NCBI GenBank assembly: GCA_964016885.1
Contig: OZ024743.1
Span: 250,666,001 to 250,730,000, forward strand
Direction: 5' to 3'
From: Eledone cirrhosa
Taxonomy: Eukaryota
DNA length: 64,000 bases
Shown one piece after another: positions 13,301-25,157 of this stretch. A program made the translations under genes and the position numbers. A model generated the notes under the pieces. That model was not told the origin of the DNA, ran no database searches, and saw nothing but the letters and a program-made list of their open reading frames with translations. Position 1 is the first letter of the stretch, and each line of letters starts with the position of its first letter.

Positions 13301-13737
13301 AACATATATACATGCATACATACATATACACACACATATATATATATATACACACAAACATATATACATGCATACATACATATACACACACATATATATA
13401 TATATACACACAAACATATATACATGCATACATACATATACACACACATATATATATATATATACACACAAACATATATACATGCATACATACATATACA
13501 CACACATATATATATATATATACACACAAACATATATACATGCATACATACATATACACACACATATATATATATATATATACACACAAACATATATACA
13601 TGCATACATACATATACACACACATATATATATATATACACACAAACATATATACATGCATACATACATATACACACACATATATATATATATATATATA
13701 CACACACATACACACTTATACTTATATATATATATAT
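13250..13737. repeat. Minisatellite of 7 units (~56-60 bp) with variable (TA)n
   Basis: 'cacaaacatatatacatgcatacatacatatacacacacata(ta)n' repeated seven times. Confidence 0.9.
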
Positions 13738-14593
13738 CGCTCCAGTAACTCATCATATAGTAGTAGTAGGGACGCCATCATGACATATGACATGACTTAT
13801 GAATTCTTAAAATCTGGGAGAGCCTACCCCCTTTTCAGGTCAGAACACAGTCGACTTCTCCCAGAGAAAGAGAGAGGGTAAGTGAGAAAAAGATATAGAT
13901 AAAGAACCAAGCTCAGTCTTGAATTGATACTTTATTTATTGACCTCAAAAGAATGAAAGGCAGAGTTGACCTCAGTGGGATTTGAGCTCAGAGTACAGAG
14001 AACTGGAATGCATTCTATCTAACATTCCATATTCCCATATTATCAACTCACCTACTCTAAAACTTGTGAACTTTTAAGCTTAGTCAAAAAATAAAAAAGA
14101 ACCAATAACCAAAAACAATAATAATAGTAATAATGGTAATAATAATAATAAAAATAAACCCACAACATGCTATGTAGGTAGCAAACTACATTTACCATTG
14201 TTCTTTTACCAGGAAATTGATAAGATGCCAATAGAAAGACTAAAATAAAAAAATAAATAAACCTTTCTATATAATTAGAATCACTTCACATTTTAAATGT
14301 TATGTCCCATTAGACATAAGTGCAAAATATGTTTTTTGTCATTATAGTGCTGAATCTATCTATATTAGTTGAACTATTAATATATTCATTTTGTTCAGTT
14401 AGTTTAGTGAGTAAGGTTTGAGGAGTGGTAGAGGAGTGTTGCTCCCTCCCCCTCGGACATTTTCAAATTTTCAAAATGGCCGGAGCTTAGCCGTTGGGGT
14501 CCAGACTCTTTTCATATTACCCACTCTACTACCCTAAGTATTGAGTACTCTGGTGCGTTATCGTCCACATGGTATCTTACCACACCCTCCTTG

Positions 14594-14649
<56 letters not shown>

Positions 14650-14662
14650 ATATACGCGAGCA

Positions 14663-15219
14663 ACAAAGCAGAAATGAACTGAGAGAGAGAGACTGAGCAT
14701 AATAGGAATCAAATGCTGTGTGCAGGAGAGGAGGATTCGTTGGTATGGACATGTAATGCGTATGAAGGATGACAGCTGCATAAAAAGGTGCAGAGCACTA
14801 AAAGTTGATGGAAGTCGTGGAGTGGGGAGACCCAAGAAGACCTGGGATGAGGTGATAAAAGTGTACCTTGTCCAATTGCACCTCTCAAAGGCGATGACAC
14901 ACGACCACGACCTCTGGTGTCATAGAGTAATACAGAAGACCCGACTTCCCACAGGAACAAGCTGAAGCCGAAGCATATAGGCAATATGCCCCCATCTCCA
15001 TCCACTGCAAAGTGGTCATGGAGGTGTCACGACAAAAAAGTAACCAGACCACACTGTAAAGTGGACGTGTAGGCACCACGGAAACAAAGCACCCAGCACT
15101 CACTGTAAATGAGGTTGGTGTTAGGAAGGGCATCCAGCTGTAGAAAGCAAGCCAAAATCAGTTCCCGTCCCACCCTTGCAAGCAGGGAAAAAGCGGATGT
15201 AAAATCAAATGATGATGAT
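14663..15219 (+). mobile_element. RTE LINE 3' fragment
   Basis: [14 protein letters not shown]...GRPKKTW followed by the RTE 3' UTR and an (ATG)n tail. Confidence 0.9.
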
Positions 15220-15517
15220 ACACAGTTCAAGAGTAACTAATCTTAAAGAGAGAGATGGAGATAGGTGAGGAGATAGGAGAGGAGAGATTGGTGAATTAGT
15301 TAGAAACCAAAGCGTAAAGGCATGTGCTCAATGTGCAATATGCAGTGGAAAGCAGCTAGGTGGCTGGGTTCATGCAGAAGTTAGGTGCGCAAAGCTGGAA
15401 ATATTCATTAGTTAAGCAAAACAAGACCACAAATTTCACAAGGAAGACATTATTAAAAGATTATCAACATATTTTAGTTTGATGTAAGGAATGTAGAGGA
15501 TAATAATAATAATGTCC

Positions 15518-15636
15518 GTTTACAGTTGTTTCGCTACTCCATATAATATTTCTGGATCAAATGACTATATATCATTATTGATCTGGTTCAGTTGAAAATA
15601 ATTAACATAATTAAAGATAGAGCGGCTCATCGGAAC
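15518..15636 (-). ncRNA. Mirror copy of the long-stem-II HHR
   Basis: Reverse complement reads GTT-CCGATGA-GCCGCTC...GAGTAGC-GAAAC(aact)GTA-AAC. Confidence 0.65.
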
Positions 15637-16061
15637 TTCAAAGGAATATAAATTAAAATGAGGAAAGAATGTTACATAATGTAATGTTCCATATATTGGT
15701 ATTTCACTATGGTTTCCTGGGTGTATCAATTGTCTGCCATAATCAAGCAGTATTCTTCTGTCGAGGCTGCATTGTGTGAGATCTGCCTATGGGTAAACAA
15801 GATGGCCGCCAATGGACATATTTACCTTACTAATTCGAGGGTGGTTTCAGGGAAAGTAACACCACGAGAGATTAGAAATTGTGGGTAGTTTATAGTTAAG
15901 TGCTAATTTTTTAATTTTTTAATTGAGAGACAATGTAGGGGAGGTAACTTATAATTACTTATAATTATCTAAGTTAGTTATAGCTATTTAACTTATTAGC
16001 TACAAGTAAAAATGGGGCTAGATGACTATGTTGGGTCAAATATTCTGTTGGCAAAGGAATA

Positions 16062-16180
16062 GTTCCGATGAGCCGCTCTATATTTAATTATGTTAATTAT
16101 TTTCAACTGAACCAGATCAATAATGATATATAGTCATTTGATCCAGAAATATTATATGGAGTAGCGAAACAATTGTAAAC
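16062..16180 (+). ncRNA. Type I HHR variant (CCGAUGA core) with ~94-nt stem II
   Basis: GTT-CCGATGA-GCCGCTCTATAT...ATATGGAGTAGC-GAAAC(aatt)GTA-AAC; palindromic stem III ACAATTGT; predicted cut after 16177. Confidence 0.7.
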
Positions 16181-16323
16181 GGACATTATTATTATTAATA
16201 TTATTATTATTATTATTCTCTACATTCCTTACATCAAACTAAAATATGTTGACAATCTTTTAATAATGTCTTCCTTGTGAAATTTGTGGTCTTGTTTTGC
16301 TTAACTAATGAATATATATATAG

Positions 16324-16370
<47 letters not shown>

Positions 16371-16428
16371 ATTATAAAAATTATAAAAATAGACAAAGAA
16401 GACTTCAATACATCAAAAGTCTTTATTC

Positions 16429-16469
16429 GCCTACAATGTTTCGTCCCATTAATAAGGACTCATTAGGGC
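16429..16469 (-). ncRNA. Mirror HHR copy with mutated core (CTAATGA)
   Basis: Reverse complement of 16487-16527 with a G-to-A change in the core. Confidence 0.75.
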
Positions 16470-16486
16470 AATTAATCTGTTTAATT

Positions 16487-16527
16487 GCCCTGATGAGTCC
16501 TTATTAATGGGACGAAACATTGTAGGC
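16487..16527 (+). ncRNA. Canonical minimal type I hammerhead ribozyme
   Basis: GCC-CTGATGA-GTCC(ttattaatg)GGAC-GAAAC(att)GTA-GGC; predicted cut after 16524. Confidence 0.92.
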
Positions 16528-16674
16528 TAATAAAGACTTTTGATGTATTGAAGACTTCTTTGTCTATTTTTATAATTTTTCGGCTCTGTTGTATTACATT
16601 GAGCTATATCCTATACTGCCATTTCTATAATATGACGAGTGTGTTTTACTCCAACGCACTCTAGTATTTTAATT

Positions 16675-16707
<33 letters not shown>

Positions 16708-16709
<2 letters not shown>

Positions 16710-17026
16710 CGCATGCGCAGAGAAGAAAAATAAATAAATAAACAAACTAAATAAAGATGGCATAGGCATACGGGAGGAAATATAATAGCACCACTGACGA
16801 TGTTACAGATGTGCAACGAAAGAACTTTGTTAGACTATATATATGTGTTTGTGTCTATATTGTATCTGTATTTTTGACCGTTGGTCAGTCAATGGTAACA
16901 TTGAGGACCGAATAAATTAAATTAACCGATATAAAAGACACAGAAGCGAAAACCAACCAAACAGTGAGTGTGTTCTGTTATTAATTCTGGCAATTTTATT
17001 TCACAAATATGACCCTCCCCAAGTAT

Positions 17027-17032
<6 letters not shown>
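16708..17032 (+). mobile_element. Diverged solo pLTR fragment of the main PLE family
   Basis: Aligns by eye to ~7335-7713; ends in 'ccccaagtataacaata(ta)n'. Confidence 0.85.
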
Positions 17033-17116
<84 letters not shown>

Positions 17117-17243
17117 TTAGGGTAAATATTGATGCAATTCAATTCAAGCACTCAACGTACTTTTTCCACATAGGAGTGACGGAGTAAATATCGAATAAAT
17201 AAAAGCGAAGTAGTTTCAGATGTTCAAGTCCTTTAATAATAAT

Positions 17244-17317
17244 GCTGTGATATATATTTCAATGACGACACTGGCCACACTGTTCTGTGTGCGAGTGTCG
17301 TGACATCATCAGACAGC
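17244..17317 (-). ncRNA. Type I HHR, unit 1
   Basis: GCTGT-CTGATGA-tgtcACGACACTcgCACAC(agaaca)GTGTGgccAGTGTCGTcatt-GAAA-TATATA-TC-ACAGC. Confidence 0.85.
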
Positions 17318-18505
17318 TTGTTACATAATAAGGTTATGTTTCCGAGGCAATCCAAGTTGAATCGACATGGGAATGGACGAAGTGTGTGCTTTTGGGTTCA
17401 TCCGTTCCCCTGTGAGTACCAATTCACCCCCACCGGTCTGCGCAGGCGCATGTCCGAAGGAAGTTGACCATTAGCTACCCCAGATTTGAACGAAATTCGC
17501 TTAGTCAGTTCACCCTCTCAGCCAAATAATGACCCATTTAGGCCTGCTACCCGCCCGTCTGTGGCAGTCAGCCGAAAGCCAGAGGGGATGGGAGAGTGTT
17601 AGTTTTATACTACCTCTCAACAAGCATGGACAGTACGACTGACCATCAACTCCCAAGAGAAAATATACTTAATTCTAGGTATCATGGTTTTACATTGGAA
17701 GTTATGAGTGAGAGTTGGAAATAAAAATAAAAATCCTAAATCAAAAATCAGAAATTATAAATTAAACAATTAAAAAATTAACAATTAGAAATAAAAAAAT
17801 TGTTCAAGTGAGAATACGGATTGAGGTGAGTAAAAAAATATATAGATTGAAGTGAGTAAATAATATGGAGAGAGATGTTTAAGTAAGAAGTTCTGAGAGG
17901 AGTTCCAATGTCACAGTTAACACTATCCACATATTGAACGATAGTGCCGTACATTAGAACGGAGGGTAAACTACAGTATTCAAGACAGTAGTCAATCTGG
18001 TACACAGTCATAATTTCCATCACATGGAACAAAACCAAAGAAAGACAGATATAAAGTACACAAAAGAAAAGAACCAATAATGAATAAATGCAAAAACACA
18101 GAGTACATATATGCAAAATGATCCATATGATTGTCAATGTATAGATTGAATTGAGGGGGCTTCTGTTCAAAAGCGATTTGGTGCAGGAAAATATGGGTTT
18201 ATCTTAGTTTTTGTTTCCGCGTATTTATCCTGCTGAAAGTTACTATTATGTCCGTCCAGTGTCAGGGGTTTCCATCCCCATGGTAGAGGGAATTTCCAGG
18301 GGTAGCTCATGGTTGGTTCCTCTCTTCTCCACCATATCGGTTATATCATAGAGCGCTCAACTAATTGGAGCTAAATTCTTAGGATAAATATTGATGCAAT
18401 TCAATTCAAGCACTCAACGTACTTTTTCCACATAGGAGTGACGGAGTAAATATCGAATAAATAAAAGCGAAGTAGTTTCAGATGTTCAAGTCCTTTAATA
18501 ATAAT

Positions 18506-18579
18506 GCTGTGATATATATTTCAATGACGACACTGGCCACACTGTTCTGTGTGCGAGTGTCGTGACATCATCAGACAGC
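18506..18579 (-). ncRNA. Type I HHR, unit 2
   Basis: Same sequence as 17244-17317, shifted by 1262. Confidence 0.85.
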
Positions 18580-19767
18580 TTGTTACATAATAAGGTTATG
18601 TTTCCGAGGCAATCCAAGTTGAATCGACATGGGAATGGACGAAGTGTGTGCTTTTGGGTTCATCCGTTCCCCTGTGAGTACCAATTCACCCCCACCGGTC
18701 TGCGCAGGCGCATGTCCGAAGGAAGTTGACCATTAGCTACCCCAGATTTGAACGAAATTCGCTTAGTCAGTTCACCCTCTCAGCCAAATAATGACCCATT
18801 TAGGCCTGCTACCCGCCCGTCTGTGGCAGTCAGCCGAAAGCCAGAGGGGATGGGAGAGTGTTAGTTTTATACTACCTCTCAACAAGCATGGACAGTACGA
18901 CTGACCATCAACTCCCAAGAGAAAATATACTTAATTCTAGGTATCATGGTTTTACATTGGAAGTTATGAGTGAGAGTTGGAAATAAAAATAAAAATCCTA
19001 AATCAAAAATCAGAAATTATAAATTAAACAATTAAAAAATTAACAATTAGAAATAAAAAAATTGTTCAAGTGAGAATACGGATTGAGGTGAGTAAAAAAA
19101 TATATAGATTGAAGTGAGTAAATAATATGGAGAGAGATGTTTAAGTAAGAAGTTCTGAGAGGAGTTCCAATGTCACAGTTAACACTATCCACATATTGAA
19201 CGATAGTGCCGTACATTAGAACGGAGGGTAAACTACAGTATTCAAGACAGTAGTCAATCTGGTACACAGTCATAATTTCCATCACATGGAACAAAACCAA
19301 AGAAAGACAGATATAAAGTACACAAAAGAAAAGAACCAATAATGAATAAATGCAAAAACACAGAGTACATATATGCAAAATGATCCATATGATTGTCAAT
19401 GTATAGATTGAATTGAGGGGGCTTCTGTTCAAAAGCGATTTGGTGCAGGAAAATATGGGTTTATCTTAGTTTTTGTTTCCGCGTATTTATCCTGCTGAAA
19501 GTTACTATTATGTCCGTCCAGTGTCAGGGGTTTCCATCCCCATGGTAGAGGGAATTTCCAGGGGTAGCTCATGGTTGGTTCCTCTCTTCTCCACCATATC
19601 GGTTATATCATAGAGCACTCAACTAATTGGAGCTAAATTCTTAGGATAAATATTGATGCAATTCAATTCAAGCACTCAACGTACTTTTTCCACATCGGAG
19701 TGACGGAGTAAATATCGAATAAGTAAAAGCGAAGTAGTTTCAGATGTTCAAGTCCTTTAATAATAAT

Positions 19768-19841
19768 GCTGTGATATATATTTCAATGACGACACTGGCC
19801 ACACTGTCCTGTGTGCGAGTGTCGTGGCATCATCAGACAGT
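19768..19841 (-). ncRNA. Type I HHR, unit 3 (a few substitutions, core intact)
   Basis: Shifted by a further 1262; CTGATGA, GAAA and ATC retained. Confidence 0.8.
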
Positions 19842-20994
19842 TTGTTACATAATAAGGTTATGTTTCCGAGGCAATCCAAGTTGAATCGACATGGGAACGG
19901 ACGAAGTGTGTGCTTTTGGATTCTTCATCCGTTCCCCTGTGAGTACCAATTCACCCCCACCGGTCTGCGCAGGCGCATGTCCGAAGGAAGTTGACCATTA
20001 GCTACCGCAGATTTCAACGAAATTCGCTTAGTCAGTTCACTCTCTCAGCCAAACAATGACCCATTTAGGCCTGTACCATAGTTTACTGCTACCCGTCCCG
20101 TCTGTGGCAGTCGCTTTTGAACAGAAGCCCCCTCAATTCAATCTATACATTGACAAATTGACAATCATATGGATCATTTTGCATATATGTACTCTGTATT
20201 TTTGCATTTATTCATTATTGGTTCTTTTCTTTTGTGTACTTTATATCTGTTTTTCTTTGGTTTTGTTCCATGTGATGGAAATTATGACTGTTTACCAGAT
20301 TGACTACTGCCAGATTGACTGTTTACCAGATTGACTACTGCCTTGAATACTGTAGTTTCCCCTCCGGCACTATCGTTCAATATGTGGATAGTGTAACTGT
20401 GACATTGGAACCCCTCTCAGAACTTCTTACTTAAACATCTCTCTCCATATTATTTACTCACTTCAATCTATGTTTTTTTTACTCACCTCAATCTGGATTC
20501 TCACTTGAACAATTTTTTAATTTCTAATTGTTAATTTTTTAATTGTTTAATTCATAATTTCTGATTTTTGATTTAGGATTTTTATTTTTATTTCCAACTC
20601 TCACTCATAACTTCCAATGTAAAACCATGATACATAGAATTAAGTATATTTTCTCTTGGGAGTTGATGGTCAGTCGTACTGTCCATGCTTGTTGAGAGGT
20701 AGTATAAAACTAACACTCTCCCATCCCCTCTGGCTTTCGGCTGACTGCCACAGACAGGGTAGCAGGCCTAAATGGGTCGTTATTTGGCTGACAAGGTGAA
20801 CTGACTAAGCGAATTTCGTTGAAATCTGCGGTAGCTAATGGTCAACTTCCTTCAGACATGCGCCTGCGCAGACCGGTGGGGGTGAATTGGTACTCACAGG
20901 GGAACGGATGAAGAACCCAAAAGCACACACTTCGTCCGTTCCCATGTCGATTCAACTTGGATTGCTTCGGAAACATAACCTTATTATGTAACAA

Positions 20995-21068
20995 GCTGTC
21001 TGATGATGTCACGACACTCGCACACAGAACATTGTGGCCAGTGTCGTCATTGAAATATATATCACAGC
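20995..21068 (+). ncRNA. Type I HHR in the inverted unit
   Basis: gctgt CTGATGA ... GAAA tatata TC acagc read directly on +. Confidence 0.85.
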
Positions 21069-21070
21069 AT

Positions 21071-21180
21071 TGCCGAGGTTAACTTTGCCTTTCATCCTTA
21101 CGGGGTCGATAAAATAAAGTACCAGTAATACACTGAGGTAATTGCTGGCCTTGTGCCAAAAGTAGAAACAATTATTATTA
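21071..21180 (+). mobile_element. 5'-truncated Nin/Deu SINE inserted just 3' of the HHR
   Basis: SINE core and tail; the host repeat resumes at ~21181. Confidence 0.85.
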
Positions 21181-21455
21181 AATGACTTGAACATCTGAAA
21201 GTACTTCGTTTTACTTATTCTATATATATATATATAAAAAAAAAATAAATAAATAAAAAAAAAAATAAATAAAAATAAAAAAAAAATTAAAAAAAAAAAA
21301 TTATCCGGGAAAGACTGCCCTAAAACCGGTCAGAGTTACCTCCCTTGACCTGCAGCAAAATCAAAACAAGATATTTTTGCGAGCAATGAATCTTGATGTA
21401 GATTTAACCCCCAAAACTCTTTCCGAACTATATAAGGAGCACTTGTGATTATTTA

Positions 21456-21495
21456 TGCCCTTGAGAAGCCCAACTGGGCGAAACGTACGTAGGTG
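21456..21495 (+). ncRNA. HHR variant with U3:A8 core (UUGAGAA)
   Basis: tgccc-TTGAGAA-GCCC(aact)GGGC-GAAAC(gtac)GTA-ggtg; palindromic stem III ACGTACGT; stem I imperfect. Confidence 0.7.
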
Positions 21496-21711
21496 ATATT
21501 TTAAATAAACATGTTTTAACGGTCTATTCTCCGATTATTTACTTTCCCACGTGCTTACGCTCTGCTAACTCTCTAGCCCACTAAATATTAACACTTCAAA
21601 TATTTAATACTGCCAGCATTAGTATCGAGCACCTTTGGCATACGCTACTTGGCAAATAACTATATGTATCCCCTATCTCTCCCTTTTCTCTCTTTCTCGA
21701 TACGTAAATAC

Positions 21712-21757
<46 letters not shown>

Positions 21758-21776
21758 TATATACATAGATATATAT

Positions 21777-21853
<77 letters not shown>

Positions 21854-21914
21854 TATACACACAATATATATATATACACACACACACATTTATATATATA
21901 TACATATATGCATA

Positions 21915-21953
<39 letters not shown>

Positions 21954-22321
21954 TACACACACGTACATATATATATGTAAATATAGTAATAATAATAAAT
22001 TTGAAGACTAAAATCCAAAGAGGGCTCGATAAGGATAAATATATATCAAATATATAAGAACCATAGAGCAAATATTTATTAAAATAACAGATTAAAGTTT
22101 AAGCAAAGAATCGCTGCTTTTACCCTTACATAATTCCATACACTTTCCACACCTTAAAACCCCACCCACATCTGGTCATACCACCCTTTCCCCACATCTC
22201 ACTGTAAAGTTGTCATGTAGGTCTCACAACTAAAAACACCCAGCACACACTTTAATTGGGCTTGGTGTTAGGAAGGGCATCCAACTGTAGGAACAAATCC
22301 AGAAACAGTTCTGTATGAGCA

Positions 22322-23250
22322 AAATCCGGTCACCTTTGGAGTGTCTTTCCAAAAGACACTTCACCAGACATGACAACCGCTGCAGGCTAGCCAACTGCCC
22401 CATCAACGACACAGACCTATGCCACCAGGCTTACATCGTATACAGACTAGAGTGCGACAAATGCAGCAACTTCTACGTAGGTAACACCACCAGACCACTC
22501 CACATAAGAATAAAAGAACACCTCAATACTAACGCTACCTCATTTAATAAACATCTAGTTAAATGCAAAAACACCGACAAAACCATAACAGTTAGGATAG
22601 AAACTAAGGAAAGAAACCTCGGCAATCTTAGAATTAAGGAAGCACTAATTATAGACAAAACACAACCACCAATCAATAATAGACTAGAACTCAACACCCA
22701 ATTTATAACTTGATAGAGCATCTGGCCCCATACTTACACCCCCTCCCACACACATACACGCTAACACCTTCACTTATTCTCTCTCACACACACACATACA
22801 CACACAAATACCAGTTCTAACACGAGAGAACATCTATCCCCTACATTTACGTATAGACATATCTTCTCACACACATGCTTACACCTTCACGCATTCTCCC
22901 ACACACTTAAACAGGTATGTACAAAAAACCCTTTTAAAGGGAGACTACTCTTTATCCACCTAACCTTAACTCTTTGACATTAGAGATAGAACAGATACCC
23001 TATACCATTTCCTGTCAGCATGACTTGGCAAGCTATTTAGAACACTGGTTTAACCGCTTTACTTCCCTTCGAAGAAGAGATATCTCGAAAATTAAGGACA
23101 TTTAAATAAATCTAAGGTAAAAGACTAATTGTCAACAATATCTTTTGCATTCTTTATTTGATGTCCATACCTGCATTGTCTTGGCTTTACAAATACAAAC
23201 GTTTATATCTCATTACACAATGCTTCAAGTGAACTATAACTTCCTCCCTC
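22322..23250 (+). mobile_element. 3' fragment of another PLE family (GIY-YIG endonuclease to 22713 plus 3' UTR/pLTR), fused to an RTE 3'-UTR piece
   Basis: CRLANCP...LCHQAYIVYRLECDKCSNFYVGNTTRPLHIRIKEH...KEAL...PPINNRLE. Confidence 0.85.
23066..23097 (+). ncRNA. Degenerate minimal HHR-like motif
   Basis: CCT-tcgaagaa-GAG(atat)CTC-GAAA(at)TA-AGG at the expected pLTR position; core non-canonical. Confidence 0.45.
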
Positions 23251-23269
23251 CATATATATATATATACAT

Positions 23270-23335
<66 letters not shown>

Positions 23336-23721
23336 ACACACATATATGTATATATATATATGTACACACACACATATATGCTTATGTGAACTTTGAATTC
23401 CTACATTTGATTTTTACCCTGGAACTTTAGTTTTACATTTTCACCTGGATTCTACCTGAACTCCCAGTTGGATGGATATATATATATATTATGATGTGCA
23501 ATCTATTGTCGCACTTGGTGAATTGATGGTAATTTTTGTTTTGTTTCTGCTTCCACCTCTTTTTTCTTTCTCTCTCTTTTATGCCTTTATATTAGTGTTT
23601 ATCAATGACATTATATTTGTAATGTTATTTATACAACAGTGAATAAAATTTATATTGTTTCAGAATTTAAAATTATATATATATCATCATCATCATCATT
23701 TTACACCCGCTTTTACCTGCT

Positions 23722-23809
<88 letters not shown>

Positions 23810-24205
23810 CACACAAAGATAAATAGATAGACAAAAAGATAGACTGGTAGTTAGAGAGATTATTGTGTATGTGTCCTATAAGGTAAATATTTGAACATCT
23901 TTCTGTTCAGGTTTCAAAACGTACTGAGTTTAACTTTGTATTTCATTAACATAGTTTGAACAGAATAAATACCAGTAATATATTGGTCCAACTCAATTGA
24001 TAAGTAGGCCAATTCTCTCATAAAATTTAGCCTTGCACATAAATGAAAGCAATCAATGTACTTACATGTCATTATTCTGAATGAAATGTGTGTAATCTGT
24101 GGATAAGCTCTTTGATCAAAATATACACCCTGTTATTACAAACAACCATTTCATGTTGAAACAAAACAAATCAATATTAGTGCTGTAGTCATTGTTGTTA
24201 TTGTT

Positions 24206-24645
24206 GGCAGTGGATTGGCAGAAGTGTTAAAGTGTCAGTCAAATAAATGCTTTGCAATATTTGTACTGGGTCTTTACTTTCTGAGTTCAAATCTTACAGA
24301 GGCTAACTTTGCTTTTCAATGTTTGGGAGTTCATAAAATAAAGTAGCAGTAACACACTGGAGACAATTTAATTAACTTTCTCCTCCCCCAAAATTGTTGG
24401 CTTTGCGCTTAAATCAGAAACCAAAGGGCAGTGTATTGGCAGTATTGTTAGAGCATCGGACAACACGTTTTGCAATATATAGTTATGGCCCTTTACATCC
24501 TGATTTCAAATCCTGTCAAGATTAATTTTCCTTTGGTTTTTATGGGGTCTATAATATAAAGTTCAAGTAATGTAATGGGGTCGATTTAACCAGTTTTTCC
24601 TTCCTCAAAAATGGTTGGTGTTGTGCCTAAATCAGAAACCATTCT
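24206..24645 (+). mobile_element. Two tandem Nin/Deu tRNA-SINEs
   Basis: 'ggcagtggattggcag' heads, B-box, 'aaatcagaaacc' tails. Confidence 0.8.
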
Positions 24646-25157
24646 TATTTTTAGACACAGAGACAGTAGAATATTTAACTGTGCCTCCCTATGGTCCAAG
24701 TCCAAACTCTACAAATGTTCTGCTGTATAGTTGTTATGGTGTTTAAATTATGATAAAAATGTCATAAGTTTGATTCCAAGTGACACTAGAGAAGAGGTTG
24801 TTTGCCAGGACTTATGTGTAACCTTTACACAGTATACATTTTTATTGGGAGAAACTGTTCTCCTAGATAGGTTGCTCTTGCTACAGCTTATGAATATATA
24901 TAGTAATCATATATAAAATACCTTTTGAGTTCATGGGAAACTATATACACACACACATATATACATATATATATATATACATACATAAATATATATATAT
25001 ACGTACATAAATATATATATATATATACATAAATATACGTACATAAATATATATATATATATACACATAAACATATATGCATACATAAATTTATATATAT
25101 ATATACACATAAATATAAGTATGTATGTATACGTACATACATATATGTATACAGACG

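Larger units (their letters stand above)
15401..16315. mobile_element. Non-coding element with ~240-bp inverted arms (15401-15637 / 16061-16315), each containing an HHR
   Basis: Arms are reverse complements; right arm runs into (TA)n. Confidence 0.8.
16376..16680. mobile_element. Small PLE-terminus-like relic: ~100-bp inverted arms (16376-16475 / 16481-16580) with an HHR, between (TA)n tracts
   Basis: Near-perfect palindrome with a 5-nt spacer. Confidence 0.8.
17116..21220. mobile_element. Non-coding 1262-bp HHR-bearing repeat: ~2.4 tandem units on - (17116-20112) plus an inverted partial unit on + (20111-21220)
   Basis: Period 1262 (e.g. 17778 vs 19040); one HHR per unit; (TA)n at both ends; no credible ORF. 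Confidence 0.9.

Noticed and set aside
13250-13737. Regularly spaced repeats superficially like a CRISPR array
   Set aside because: Spacers are only (TA)n, there are no cas genes, and the context is eukaryotic
13153-13881. Long ORFs on both strands rich in Y/I/H/T/V/C (also at 21596-22071, 34738-35339, 42942-43795, 62807-63167)
   Set aside because: Stop-free translations of (TA)n/(CA)n microsatellites
17778-18170. 130-aa hydrophobic ORF repeated in the 1262-bp unit
   Set aside because: Non-ATG start, compositionally biased, no motif, and disrupted in the inverted copy
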